Assembly: GCA_018334495.1 (NCBI GenBank)
Contig: JAGXLV010000004.1
Coordinates: 5,669-69,668 of the forward strand
Length of the DNA stretch: 64,000 bases
Direction of reading: 5' to 3'
Source of the DNA: Oleiphilaceae bacterium
GTDB lineage: Bacteria; Pseudomonadota; Gammaproteobacteria; Pseudomonadales; Oleiphilaceae
In this document: positions 1-9,016 of the stretch, one piece after another
Position numbering within the stretch: position 1 is the first letter of the stretch
Layout: each line of letters opens with the position of its first letter
Made by a program: the position numbers and the translations under genes
The notes under the pieces: generated by a model
The model's database searches: none
Seen by the model: only the letters and a program-made list of their open reading frames with translations
What the model was told of the DNA's origin: nothing

Positions 1-44
1 TGATCTTCATGCACGCGTCCTGCGGTAATGAGTGTCTTTTCCGG

Positions 45-860
45 TTAACCCAGACCCAGTTCTGCCCAGACCGGGCAATGGTCGGAGGGGCGGGTCATGC
101 CGCGAAACTCATAAGATACACCGGCCGCTTTCACTTTAGGCAATAGCGCCTTGCTGGCCAGTATCAGGTCAATGCGCAAGCCGCGTTTCGGGTCTTTGGT
201 GAAACCGCCGCTGCGATAATCAAACCAGCTGAAGGTGCTGCCGTCGGTTGGATAGAGGTGCCGGAAGGTATCCGTCAGGCCACGGCCTTCAACCTGTGAT
301 AGCCATTCACGCTCTTCCGGCAAGAAACTGCACTTACCGGTACGCAGCCACCGTTTGGCATTGTCGGCCCCGATACCGACGTCCAGGTCGGTGGGTGATA
401 TGTTCATATCACCCATGACGATAATGTTGGGCTGTTGTTGCTGGAGCTCATCCAGGTATTGCATCAGGTCGGCGTAAAATTTCTGCTTGGCCGGAAACTT
501 GACCGGGTGGTTGCGACTTTCGCCCTGGGGGAAGTAGCCATTGATGACCGTCAAGGGCTCGCCATTGATCCTGAAATGACCGGTAATCAGGCGTTTTTGC
601 GCTTCGCTGTCGTCGCCGGGAAAGCCCTTTGTCACTGATTCCGGCATTGCGCGGGTCATCAGAGCGACCCCGTAATGGGTTTTTTGACCGTGATACTGGA
701 CGTGATAGCCGAGCGCTTCGATGGCATCAACGGGAAAATCGTCGTCTGAGACTTTGGTTTCCTGCAGGCCAATCACATCGGGTTCGTGGGACTTTATCAG
801 GGCTTCTAGCTGATGCATTCGGGTACGAATGCTGTTGACGTTGAACGACACGAACATCAT
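45..860 (-). CDS. xthA: Exodeoxyribonuclease III
   Basis: [24 protein letters not shown] and SDHCPV motifs of the ExoIII/AP endonuclease family. Confidence 0.95.
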   Translation of the reverse strand: MMFVSFNVNSIRTRMHQLEALIKSHEPDVIGLQETKVSDDDFPVDAIEALGYHVQYHGQKTHYGVALMTRAMPESVTKGFPGDDSEAQKRLITGHFRINGEPLTVINGYFPQGESRNHPVKFPAKQKFYADLMQYLDELQQQQPNIIVMGDMNISPTDLDVGIGADNAKRWLRTGKCSFLPEEREWLSQVEGRGLTDTFRHLYPTDGSTFSWFDYRSGGFTKDPKRGLRIDLILASKALLPKVKAAGVSYEFRGMTRPSDHCPVWAELGLG

Positions 861-930
861 GAGGAAAACAACCTTATCTTAAAGAGACCACCAGGTTGCA
901 AATCCTAGCACAGAATCCATGGGTGACGGT

Positions 931-1731
931 TTACTGCACCAGATCGCAGCCGGGCATGCGGTCATGCTCGTAACGAATATTCGCCGTGTAATTGCTGTCT
1001 GCGTCCTGGCGCAGATTGGTCAGGCCGAGATATTGTTTGAGCGCGCCGCGACGGTCGTAGCCTAGCAGGATAGGGTCCACCAGAAAGCGCATAACCATAC
1101 CGGTCGGCCCAATGCGGCGGACAATTTCCGATTCGATGCGGTTGTCCTGCGCCGGCTCGAGTACAAAACCGTAATGTTCGCCTCTGGTCGGCGCCAGGAA
1201 CTGAAAACTGACGGCTGTATCGGAAACCACCGCCTGCCAGTTTTCCCGGGTCAGATTATCAAAGCCGGCATCGACCGCGACTTCGTCGTTCAGAGAAAGT
1301 GAAAATTCTTTGGTTTGCCCGTCATTGGTCTGCCAGTCGATGGTCAGGCGCTTGTCATTGCTGTTTTCGACCACCATCTTTTCATCAAACTCCGGTTGTC
1401 TTAATTCAAAACTGGGTCTCAAAACGGATTCGGAGTAATCCAGTGTCTTATTGGCAAACTGCTCGTCTGTGCCTGGTTTCAGGTAACGGACCTCGTGGCT
1501 TTCAGGTTGCCAAAGTCCGTCCCTGCATTCACCACTGACCTCATGGTGTTCCTCATATAACGGCTTGCCTTCCAACGATTCGGCCTTGCCCACAAACGAC
1601 CAGGTTTCGGCGCTGACGCTTAAGGGCAGTAAAAGGAGAAGCCCGAGGCCTGTGACACCGGTGGGGAGAAAGCCCGCTGTCGCCTGTGCCTGGTGGGGAC
1701 GCTGTTGCCTTATCTCTCCTTGATGTTTCAT
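931..1731 (-). CDS. Secreted hypothetical protein, last gene of the desaturase/cfa operon
   Basis: The ATG at 1731 overlaps the DUF2878 stop (ATGA). Hydrophobic signal peptide ending LSVSA-E. The ORF-track extension to 1866 lies inside the upstream gene. Confidence 0.7.
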   Translation of the reverse strand: MKHQGEIRQQRPHQAQATAGFLPTGVTGLGLLLLLPLSVSAETWSFVGKAESLEGKPLYEEHHEVSGECRDGLWQPESHEVRYLKPGTDEQFANKTLDYSESVLRPSFELRQPEFDEKMVVENSNDKRLTIDWQTNDGQTKEFSLSLNDEVAVDAGFDNLTRENWQAVVSDTAVSFQFLAPTRGEHYGFVLEPAQDNRIESEIVRRIGPTGMVMRFLVDPILLGYDRRGALKQYLGLTNLRQDADSNYTANIRYEHDRMPGCDLVQ

Positions 1732-2249
1732 GTGGTGATCTCCGGGTAATAACGCTTTTTGAAATGCATTAGAAGAGGAAATATAACCAGCCAGCCCAGA
1801 GCCAGAGCCAGCAGTGATGGCACCAGTTGCGGCAGATTCACTGCACCCATCTGGCTGGCGCTCCAATACGCAAAGGGGCCAGCGATGGGGGCCAGAGCAA
1901 ACGGTAGCCAGGGCCGGCTGCCCATCCAGGCCAGTGAGTGGGCAAAGGTTGTAAGGAAGACCGCCCAGATGCCGACCAGCCAGATCGGCGTCCAGGTGAG
2001 GCCCTGAGCGCCATCAACCATGATGCCGGTGCGGAACCAGAGCCCGTCCAGCAAAGAGCCCAGCACCGTGCCCAGCACGATGAACTGCCATTCCCGCCCC
2101 GGCTTCTGGCTGACCAATACCAGATGAATGCTGACAATGCTGAGAGCCGTAATCGCACTCCAGACGCCCGGATACAGGACGCAGAGAAACCACCCGGCCT
2201 GAAAAAGCACAAAATTAATGAGATTGCGTAATCCGCTCGACTTGATCAT
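1728..2249 (-). CDS. DUF2878 family membrane protein
   Basis: NFVLFQAGWFLC, GSLLDG, WLVGIW and GPFAYW motifs, hydrophobic, typical position after a cfa-like gene. Confidence 0.8.
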   Translation of the reverse strand: MIKSSGLRNLINFVLFQAGWFLCVLYPGVWSAITALSIVSIHLVLVSQKPGREWQFIVLGTVLGSLLDGLWFRTGIMVDGAQGLTWTPIWLVGIWAVFLTTFAHSLAWMGSRPWLPFALAPIAGPFAYWSASQMGAVNLPQLVPSLLALALGWLVIFPLLMHFKKRYYPEITT

Positions 2250-3517
2250 AAGCTCAGGATGTTCTCTCGTTTATTACCGGGCTTGGCCAGAACTATCTGT
2301 GAAACGCCAATAGCGCGCTCTCGGAAACCGGCTTCACAGTAGGCGAAGTAAAAGTGCCACAGGCGCTTGAATCTGTCGTCATAGCCCAGGCCCTGAATCC
2401 GGTCATGGTTGGCCAAGAAGCGCTCGCACCAGTCGTTCAATGTACGAGCGTAATGAAAGCCGATATCTTCGGCATGGGTCAGGACCAGCTGTGTTTCCTT
2501 GCCCATGGACTCAAGCATGGCGCCGAAAGAGGGAATAAAACTGCCTGGGAAGATGAAACGTTGGATGAAATCGACGTTTTTGAGCGCCCGGCGGTAGCGT
2601 TGTTCCGGCATGTTAATCGCCTGTATCAACGCCAGTCCCTCGGGTTTGAGCAGTGAATCGATCTGGCCCAGGTAGCTGTCGAGATACTGAGGCCCGACCG
2701 CTTCGATCATTTCGATGGAGACCAACTTGTCGAACTGCCCGGTCAGGTCCCGGTAGTCCTCAAACAGCAGGGTGATGCGGTCGTTCAAGCCTTCGGCCTG
2801 GACCCGTTGCTGCGCCAGTTCCAGCTGCTCCCGGCTGATGGTGGTGGTGGTGACATGGCAACCGTAATGCTTGGCGGCATGGATTGCGAATCCGCCCCAG
2901 CCGGTACCGATTTCCATCACGTCATCGCCGGGCTTGAGGTCGAGCTTGCGACAGATGGTCTCCAGTTTATGGACTGCGCCTTGCTCCAGCGTCGAACTTG
3001 CGGTCGGGTAGATGGCCGATGAGTACATCATGGTGGGGTCAAGGAATAGCTCGAACAGTTCGTTGCCCAGATCGTAATGCGCCTCGATATTTTTGCGAGC
3101 CCCGGCGGGCGTGTTCCTGTTCAGCCAGTGCAATCCCTTCAGGGCCGGCTTGGTCACCCAGCTGAACTTATCTTCGAAAGCGTTCATGCGATCGACATTG
3201 CGGGTGAAGAAACGAAGTAAGGATACCAAATCCGGGCTTGACCAGTCGCCGGCCACATAGGATTCGGCTGCGCCAATGCTGCCGCCGGTCAGCAGGTCGC
3301 GCCAGGTGCTGGCATCATGGACGATCAGCTCCGCCGACGGGTGGCTGGTGTCCCCGTCGCCGAAATGCCGCACACCCTGGCCGCTTTCACGGACCGTGAG
3401 GGTGCCGTCGCCCAGCTCGCCAAATTGATGACAAACCAGCTGACGGGCTGCCCGCGTGGTCATGGAAGTGGATGCAGTCCGAGCCTGCCGGTTCGATGAA
3501 GTGTTCAGGTTCTCCAT
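2246..3517 (-). CDS. Cyclopropane-fatty-acyl-phospholipid synthase family SAM methyltransferase (UfaM/UfaA1-like)
   Basis: NIEAHYDLGNELF, MMYSSA, EIGTGWGG, SIEMIEAVG and FIQRFIFPG motifs. Confidence 0.92.
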   Translation of the reverse strand: MENLNTSSNRQARTASTSMTTRAARQLVCHQFGELGDGTLTVRESGQGVRHFGDGDTSHPSAELIVHDASTWRDLLTGGSIGAAESYVAGDWSSPDLVSLLRFFTRNVDRMNAFEDKFSWVTKPALKGLHWLNRNTPAGARKNIEAHYDLGNELFELFLDPTMMYSSAIYPTASSTLEQGAVHKLETICRKLDLKPGDDVMEIGTGWGGFAIHAAKHYGCHVTTTTISREQLELAQQRVQAEGLNDRITLLFEDYRDLTGQFDKLVSIEMIEAVGPQYLDSYLGQIDSLLKPEGLALIQAINMPEQRYRRALKNVDFIQRFIFPGSFIPSFGAMLESMGKETQLVLTHAEDIGFHYARTLNDWCERFLANHDRIQGLGYDDRFKRLWHFYFAYCEAGFRERAIGVSQIVLAKPGNKRENILSL

Positions 3518-4410
3518 GAGCTTACCTTCGCTGTTTTATCGTCATGACCCTGATCAACCCGTTCACCCTGGTCGTGTTTACCCAGGCGGTAGCTGGGATT
3601 GTCCCGGCCAAGTTGATCAGGGTGGGTCTGAAAAACTGCCCCTTTAAGTTTAAGCCGCAGGGCATGCCAGTAGATGCCTGCCACCACCTTGAAAGATTCG
3701 AGCGGAAATTGCCGCAGGCTTTTGTTGAGCATTGACCGGGACAGGGGGGCGCGCTCCAGTTCCAGGGTGGCGTCGAACACCTTCTGGCCATTCTTGTTTA
3801 CGTTCATATGCACGCGTAGTTCACCGGGCCTGAAACTGAACAGCCAGTGGTAGTCCTGATCCATCGGGTTGTAGGGCGACACATGAAAACGTTTCCGAAA
3901 GCGGAAGGTCTGGGTATGCCAACCGCTTGAACCTGTCCTGCCGTCCCCGCGTTCAAGGCAGTACAGATGGCGCTCGTGCCAGGGCGTATTGGTGATTTGT
4001 GCGGCAATGACGCGCGGAATCGCTCCGGAGGCCGATGTCTGCCCCGCCTCGTAACAGAAATAAAAACTGACCGGGTTGAATACATAGCCCAGATAGCGAG
4101 GGTGAGTGATCAGTTCTATTTCGCCGTCGGGCCGCCAGCCGGTGGCCTGTTCGACCTGATCGCTGATGGCCTGTTTGAGGTCCGGTATTTCCGGCCGGAA
4201 ATAGTCCTCACGTTTCAGGGACATCCAGTTAAAACGCTCAACAGATAACCAGGGGCTGAGATTGCCGATGGATTCCCAATCCTCCAGATTCAGCGCCAGC
4301 ATGCCGGTTTTGTAAGTAAAGGCATGATGCACCGGCCGCATGCGGCGGTGTCTTACTGTGCCGGTGAGCCATTGGCTTCCCGGGCCTGCACCCGCTTCGA
4401 ACGAGCCCAC
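3505..4410 (-). CDS. DUF1365 family protein (UfaO-like)
   Basis: GTVRHRR, LGYVFNPVSFYFCY, NTPWHERH and FHVSPY motifs. Start set at the GTG at 4410, immediately after the upstream stop; the ORF-track start at 4665 lies inside the upstream gene. Confidence 0.85.
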   Translation of the reverse strand: MGSFEAGAGPGSQWLTGTVRHRRMRPVHHAFTYKTGMLALNLEDWESIGNLSPWLSVERFNWMSLKREDYFRPEIPDLKQAISDQVEQATGWRPDGEIELITHPRYLGYVFNPVSFYFCYEAGQTSASGAIPRVIAAQITNTPWHERHLYCLERGDGRTGSSGWHTQTFRFRKRFHVSPYNPMDQDYHWLFSFRPGELRVHMNVNKNGQKVFDATLELERAPLSRSMLNKSLRQFPLESFKVVAGIYWHALRLKLKGAVFQTHPDQLGRDNPSYRLGKHDQGERVDQGHDDKTAKVSSWRT

Positions 4411-4411
4411 G

Positions 4412-5677
4412 TCAGAGTCCGATACCAAACATTTCGGTGACTCGCAGGGCGCTGCGCACGCCATCTTCATGGAATCCGTTGAACCAGTAGGCACCACAAA
4501 AATGTGAGCGGTTGAGGCCGCCGATTTCGGCGTAACGCTCCTGGGCCGCCACGGCTTCGAGGCTGAAGACCGGATGAGCGTATTCATAACGGTGAAGAAT
4601 GCGGTCCGGATCAATGTCATGGGTGCGGTTAAGCGTGACACAGAAGGTTTCAGGCGCGTCGTCAAAATTTTGCAGGATGTTCATGTTGTAAGTAACCGAA
4701 ACCGCCTCATCGTTACGCCGGGGGATAAAATAGTTCCAGGCCGCCCAGGCCCGACGTTCCTCGGGAAGCACCGAAGCGTCAGTATGCAGCACCACATCGT
4801 TATTCTGATAGGGAATTGCGCCCAGGATTTCGCGCTCCCGGGGGCTCGGGTCTGCCAGCATGTTCAGGGCCTGGTCGCTGTGACAGGCAAATACGACCTG
4901 ATCGAAGGCGTGTTCCTCGCCACGAACCTGAAGAGTCACCCCCGAATCGTGTCGTTTAACGGAGTCTACCGGGCTCTGTAACCGGGTATGGGGTTTCAGC
5001 GAGTCCATCATCCGGTCGACGTAGCAGGCGGAGCCGCCGGTGATGACGCGCCAGGTAGGGCGGTCGTCCACTGACAGCATGCCGTGGTTATTGAAAAATT
5101 GCAGGAAAAACCGGATCGGAAAGCGCTCCAGAACCATTTCCGGGGCTGACCAGATAGCGGCACCCATGGGCACGATGTAGTTATTCCGGAAATAGTTCGA
5201 ATAGCCGTTGCGGGTTAAATACTCCCCGAGAGTTTCAGCGTTATCAATGCTCCCTGACGCCAGATCGGCGCGAGTTTGCTTGTTGAATTTGACGATCTCG
5301 CGAATCATGTTGAGAAAACGCGGATTAAACAGGTTGCGGCGTTGAGCGAAGAGCGTATTCAGGCTGTTGCCGTTGTATTCCAGTCCCGTGGTATTGCAGT
5401 CCACACTGAAGCTCATGGAACTGACTTCGGAGGCCACGCCCAGTCGGTCCATCAGTTTGATAAAGTTGGGGTACGTCCAGTCGTTGAATACGATAAAACC
5501 GGTGTTCACCGGCCAGTCCTGGCCGCCAGCTTTTACCGTTTGGGTGTTGGTGTGGCCGCCGGCATAATCGCCTGCCTCGAAGAGCGTGACCTCGTGATGC
5601 TGGGCCAGAAGCCAGGCGGTGGTGAGTCCGGAGACGCCGGCTCCGACAATAGCAATACGCTGGCGCGGTTCTGTCAT
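4412..5677 (-). CDS. FAD-dependent oxidoreductase (UfaD-like, amine-oxidase fold)
   Basis: GAGVSG Rossmann motif, GGHTNT, VNTGFIVFN and CGAYWFNGFHEDG. Confidence 0.9.
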   Translation of the reverse strand: MTEPRQRIAIVGAGVSGLTTAWLLAQHHEVTLFEAGDYAGGHTNTQTVKAGGQDWPVNTGFIVFNDWTYPNFIKLMDRLGVASEVSSMSFSVDCNTTGLEYNGNSLNTLFAQRRNLFNPRFLNMIREIVKFNKQTRADLASGSIDNAETLGEYLTRNGYSNYFRNNYIVPMGAAIWSAPEMVLERFPIRFFLQFFNNHGMLSVDDRPTWRVITGGSACYVDRMMDSLKPHTRLQSPVDSVKRHDSGVTLQVRGEEHAFDQVVFACHSDQALNMLADPSPREREILGAIPYQNNDVVLHTDASVLPEERRAWAAWNYFIPRRNDEAVSVTYNMNILQNFDDAPETFCVTLNRTHDIDPDRILHRYEYAHPVFSLEAVAAQERYAEIGGLNRSHFCGAYWFNGFHEDGVRSALRVTEMFGIGL

Positions 5678-6471
5678 TGATTCTGTTCCTGCTTGTTCTG
5701 ACTGCGAACCATGGCCGCTGCCATGCGATCGATCAGCCCCTGGGGCAGTGCGGCGAAGCCCCGCAACATCCAGGTAAACCGTTTCGGAAATTGTATTTCG
5801 GATTTGCCTTTCTTGAGGCCTTTGACGATTTGCCGCGCGGCCTCATCGGCGCTGATCAAAAATGGCATGGGAAAATCGTTCCGGTCCGTCAGTGGGGTTT
5901 TGACGAAACCCGGAGACACCACGGTCACGCCTATGCCTTCGGGCGCCAGGTCGGCCCGAAGGGACTGGGCAAAATAGGTCAGGGCGGCCTTGGACGCGCC
6001 GTAACCCTCCGCCCGGCCAAAGGGGAACCACCAGGCGGATGAGCTGACTATCACCAGACGCGCCGGCAGACCCTGCCGGCGGGCGGATCTGAGCGACGGC
6101 AGCACCGCCTCGACGCTTCGGGCCGTGCCGATCACGTTGGTGTGAATATTCTTCTCGATGATGTCGCTGCTGTAATTGGCTACATCCAGGTATTCGCAGG
6201 TGCCCGCGTTCAGAATGGCGACCTGAACCGTCTTCTCGCGATCCAGTTGCTCGCGCACGGCAGCCAGATCTTCCTTGCTGGTGGTGTCGGCCCGGGCCGT
6301 GGTGACCTGCTCGCCGGCCTCCCTGGCCATGGCGTCCAGAGCTTCCTGGCGCCGACCCGTGAGGATCAGGTGATGACCCTCGTCCAGCAGGGCCCTGGCC
6401 AGGGCGTGGCCAATACCGGAGGTGGCCCCGGTCAGCCAGATTTTGACAGGCGTTTCGAAAAGTTTTGTCAT
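5674..6471 (-). CDS. SDR family oxidoreductase
   Basis: TGATSGIG, LNAG and YGASK catalytic motif. Confidence 0.92.
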   Translation of the reverse strand: MTKLFETPVKIWLTGATSGIGHALARALLDEGHHLILTGRRQEALDAMAREAGEQVTTARADTTSKEDLAAVREQLDREKTVQVAILNAGTCEYLDVANYSSDIIEKNIHTNVIGTARSVEAVLPSLRSARRQGLPARLVIVSSSAWWFPFGRAEGYGASKAALTYFAQSLRADLAPEGIGVTVVSPGFVKTPLTDRNDFPMPFLISADEAARQIVKGLKKGKSEIQFPKRFTWMLRGFAALPQGLIDRMAAAMVRSQNKQEQNQ

Positions 6472-6938
6472 GCCGCGTTTTTCCTTAGCCAGCGCACAGC
6501 ACTGCCGAGCACGGGCAGGTTCTCATAAAGTAGCTGGCCTGCATCAAAATAGTCACGGTGCAGGATGACACGGCCGTTTTCCAGGCGAAGCCGGCTGATA
6601 CCATCAACCTGAATAAGCTCGCCCCGCCGAATCCGTTTATGGCGCAGGTTCATGACCCATGTCAGACAGGCGTTGTCATCATCAATGACCGTATCGCCAA
6701 ACTCGAAACGACATTCGATTACATTGCTGTAAGCGCCCTCGAAATACTCTCGCAAGGCATCCAGGCCTTTGACGGACGTGAAAGGGTCGGTGAATTCGAT
6801 CGTCTTACCGTAAACAAGGTCAAGGTCGCCAAGATTGCGTGAACTCATCTGGTTGAACAGCTCCCGGAAACGATCCACGACTCCCTCGCAGGGTGGAATG
6901 CGGGTCGCATCAGAAGTGTCGGTTCGTGCCTGACTCAT
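6468..6938 (-). CDS. NTF2/SnoaL-like protein
   Basis: FTDPF, HRDYFDAG and LYENLPVLG motifs. Confidence 0.85.
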   Translation of the reverse strand: MSQARTDTSDATRIPPCEGVVDRFRELFNQMSSRNLGDLDLVYGKTIEFTDPFTSVKGLDALREYFEGAYSNVIECRFEFGDTVIDDDNACLTWVMNLRHKRIRRGELIQVDGISRLRLENGRVILHRDYFDAGQLLYENLPVLGSAVRWLRKNAA

Positions 6939-7885
6939 GCTCGTGTCCTTTTATCGCGATTTAGGGTTTCTTCCTGAATGTGTCGGGGCAAGGGGTTGAG
7001 CTCCCGGACAATGCCCGCTTTTTCCATTAACCAGAGCAGGTAATAGGTGATATCGATCTCATACCAGCGGAAGCCCTGGCGGGCTGATTGCGGCCAGCGG
7101 TGATGGTTGTTGTGCCAGCCTTCGCCGAGGGTGATCAGGGCCAGCCAGACGTTGTTCCGGCTGTCATCGTTGGTATCGAAGCGACGGCTGCCCCAGACAT
7201 GGGCCAGGGAGTTAATGGACACCGTGGCGTGGAAAAGGAAAACGGTGGAAATAAAGAATCCCCAGACCACCAACTGCAGCCCGTTAGTGCCGAGGCCGGG
7301 TGCCCAGGCGGCCAGGGCCTCGCCAAGGCCGAATATGGCGACAATTGCCAGAACGGGTATGAGCGCATCGAAACGATTAATGAATTTCAATTCTGGAAAT
7401 TTGAGCCAGTCCCTTACCCGGCGTTCGTCCATGGCGAAGCCGGCATCACAGGTAAACCAGCCCATATGGGCCCACCAAAAACCGTTCTGATGCGGTGAAT
7501 GCAGATCTTCCGGATCGTCGGAATGCTGATGATGATGCCGGTGGTGGGCCGCCCACCAAAGCGGTCCGCGCTGCGCTGCGCTGGCGCCCAGAATGCCGAA
7601 CAGGAGTTGCCAGATGCGATTGGTCTTGAAGGTTTTGTGTGAAAAATAACGATGGTAAAAGCCGGTTATCGCGAACATCCGGATGAAGAAAAACGCGATA
7701 GCGAACCAAACGGCGAAAGCGCTGGTCCCGGTGACCAACACCAACAGACATGCCAGGTGTAACCCGATGAAGGGCAGTACCCTGACAAAGCTGAAGGCGC
7801 GGGAATCCCTGCTGATGTGATCTGAACAGGCGTCCGAGTCGAACCACCTTCGAACGTTTGCTAAGCAACTCTGCATTCGGGTCAT
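6935..7885 (-). CDS. Acyl-CoA (delta-9 type) fatty acid desaturase
   Basis: Three His boxes (HRYFSH, HRHHH, HNNHH) and transmembrane segments. Confidence 0.93.
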   Translation of the reverse strand: MTRMQSCLANVRRWFDSDACSDHISRDSRAFSFVRVLPFIGLHLACLLVLVTGTSAFAVWFAIAFFFIRMFAITGFYHRYFSHKTFKTNRIWQLLFGILGASAAQRGPLWWAAHHRHHHQHSDDPEDLHSPHQNGFWWAHMGWFTCDAGFAMDERRVRDWLKFPELKFINRFDALIPVLAIVAIFGLGEALAAWAPGLGTNGLQLVVWGFFISTVFLFHATVSINSLAHVWGSRRFDTNDDSRNNVWLALITLGEGWHNNHHRWPQSARQGFRWYEIDITYYLLWLMEKAGIVRELNPLPRHIQEETLNRDKRTRA

Positions 7886-7920
7886 ACCCTACTTACCCTT
7901 TTTTGCCATACTTGCGGTTT

Positions 7921-7947
7921 CACGAACCGAGTTTGAAAAACTGATCA
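7921..7947 (-). promoter_or_regulatory. Candidate RpoE/ChrR (singlet-oxygen ECF sigma) promoter for the desaturase-cfa operon
   Basis: The minus strand reads TGATC-N18-CGTG, one mismatch from the TGATC-N18-CGTA consensus, and ends 36 nt upstream of the desaturase ATG. Confidence 0.45.
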
Positions 7948-7987
7948 GTGTACGTAACGCCACTCAACAATGGATGCATAAAAAACC

Positions 7988-9016
7988 ATGTTTAAGGAAT
8001 CGTCCATCAATTTGGATATACGCCGGGTCGCTATCATTGGTTCAGGCCTGTCCGGGCTGACCGCCGGTCATCGTCTCAGGGCAGCGGGTGCGGCGACACG
8101 CATCTTTGAAAAAAGTCGGGGTCCCGGTGGAAGGCTCGCTTCCAAGCGGGTGGCTGGCGGCTCCGCCGATATTGGAGCGCAATACTTTACCATCCGCAAC
8201 CCCGATTTCGGGACTTTTCTGGATCATTACGCTGGGCCCGAAACCTACCAGAGGTGGCATGGGGATTTGCGCTATCAGCGCAAGGACGGCGGTTGGGAAG
8301 GCTTTCGTCCGGAACAGCGTTATGTCGGCGTGCCACGGATGACCGCAATTGCCCGTCAGCTCGCCAGACACCTTGAGATCGTGACCGAGGTGCGGATTGA
8401 GCACCTTGCACGGCAGGACGATGGCAGCTGGGAGCTTTTTGACAGCCAGGGCGGCAGCCGTGGTCACTTCGACGCTGTCATCATCACCACGCCGCCGGCG
8501 CAAGCGAAAATGATTCTGCAAAACAGCGGCCTGGATCACTTATCCGAGAATTTTTCCAGCGACGTGAAACAAATGCACGCCTGCTGGACCCTGGCCGCGC
8601 GATTCGAGCCGGGGCTCGCTCTGGGTTACGACGGCCTGCAGGCTCAAAGCGAGATTCTGCAATGGGCGGGCAACAATTCCAGCAAGCCAGGACGGCAGGG
8701 GGCCGGTGAATGGTGGGTTCTGCATGCCCGTCCGAACTGGTCCGACGAGCATCAGGACGCGGATCCGGAAACCGTCAAAGCGACCCTGCTGGAGGCATTC
8801 TTTCAGGCCACCGGCGTGGCACGCGAGCCGGCCGACGTGCTGATACATCGCTGGCTTTACGCCCGCTCGCAGGCGCCCGATGGCCCGGGCCATCTCTGGT
8901 TTGACGATCAGCGCCTCGGCATCATTGGTGACTGGCTGAGCGGGGGGCGCGTGGAAGGCGCGTTTAACAGCGCCGAAAGCCTGATTGCCGGATGGCAAAA
9001 GCAAGAAATTATTTAG
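7988..9016 (+). CDS. Renalase-family NAD(P)/FAD-dependent oxidoreductase
   Basis: GSGLSG, EKSRGPGGRLASKR, DIGAQYFT, HRWLYA and GDWLSGGRVEGA motifs. Confidence 0.9.
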   Translation: MFKESSINLDIRRVAIIGSGLSGLTAGHRLRAAGAATRIFEKSRGPGGRLASKRVAGGSADIGAQYFTIRNPDFGTFLDHYAGPETYQRWHGDLRYQRKDGGWEGFRPEQRYVGVPRMTAIARQLARHLEIVTEVRIEHLARQDDGSWELFDSQGGSRGHFDAVIITTPPAQAKMILQNSGLDHLSENFSSDVKQMHACWTLAARFEPGLALGYDGLQAQSEILQWAGNNSSKPGRQGAGEWWVLHARPNWSDEHQDADPETVKATLLEAFFQATGVAREPADVLIHRWLYARSQAPDGPGHLWFDDQRLGIIGDWLSGGRVEGAFNSAESLIAGWQKQEII

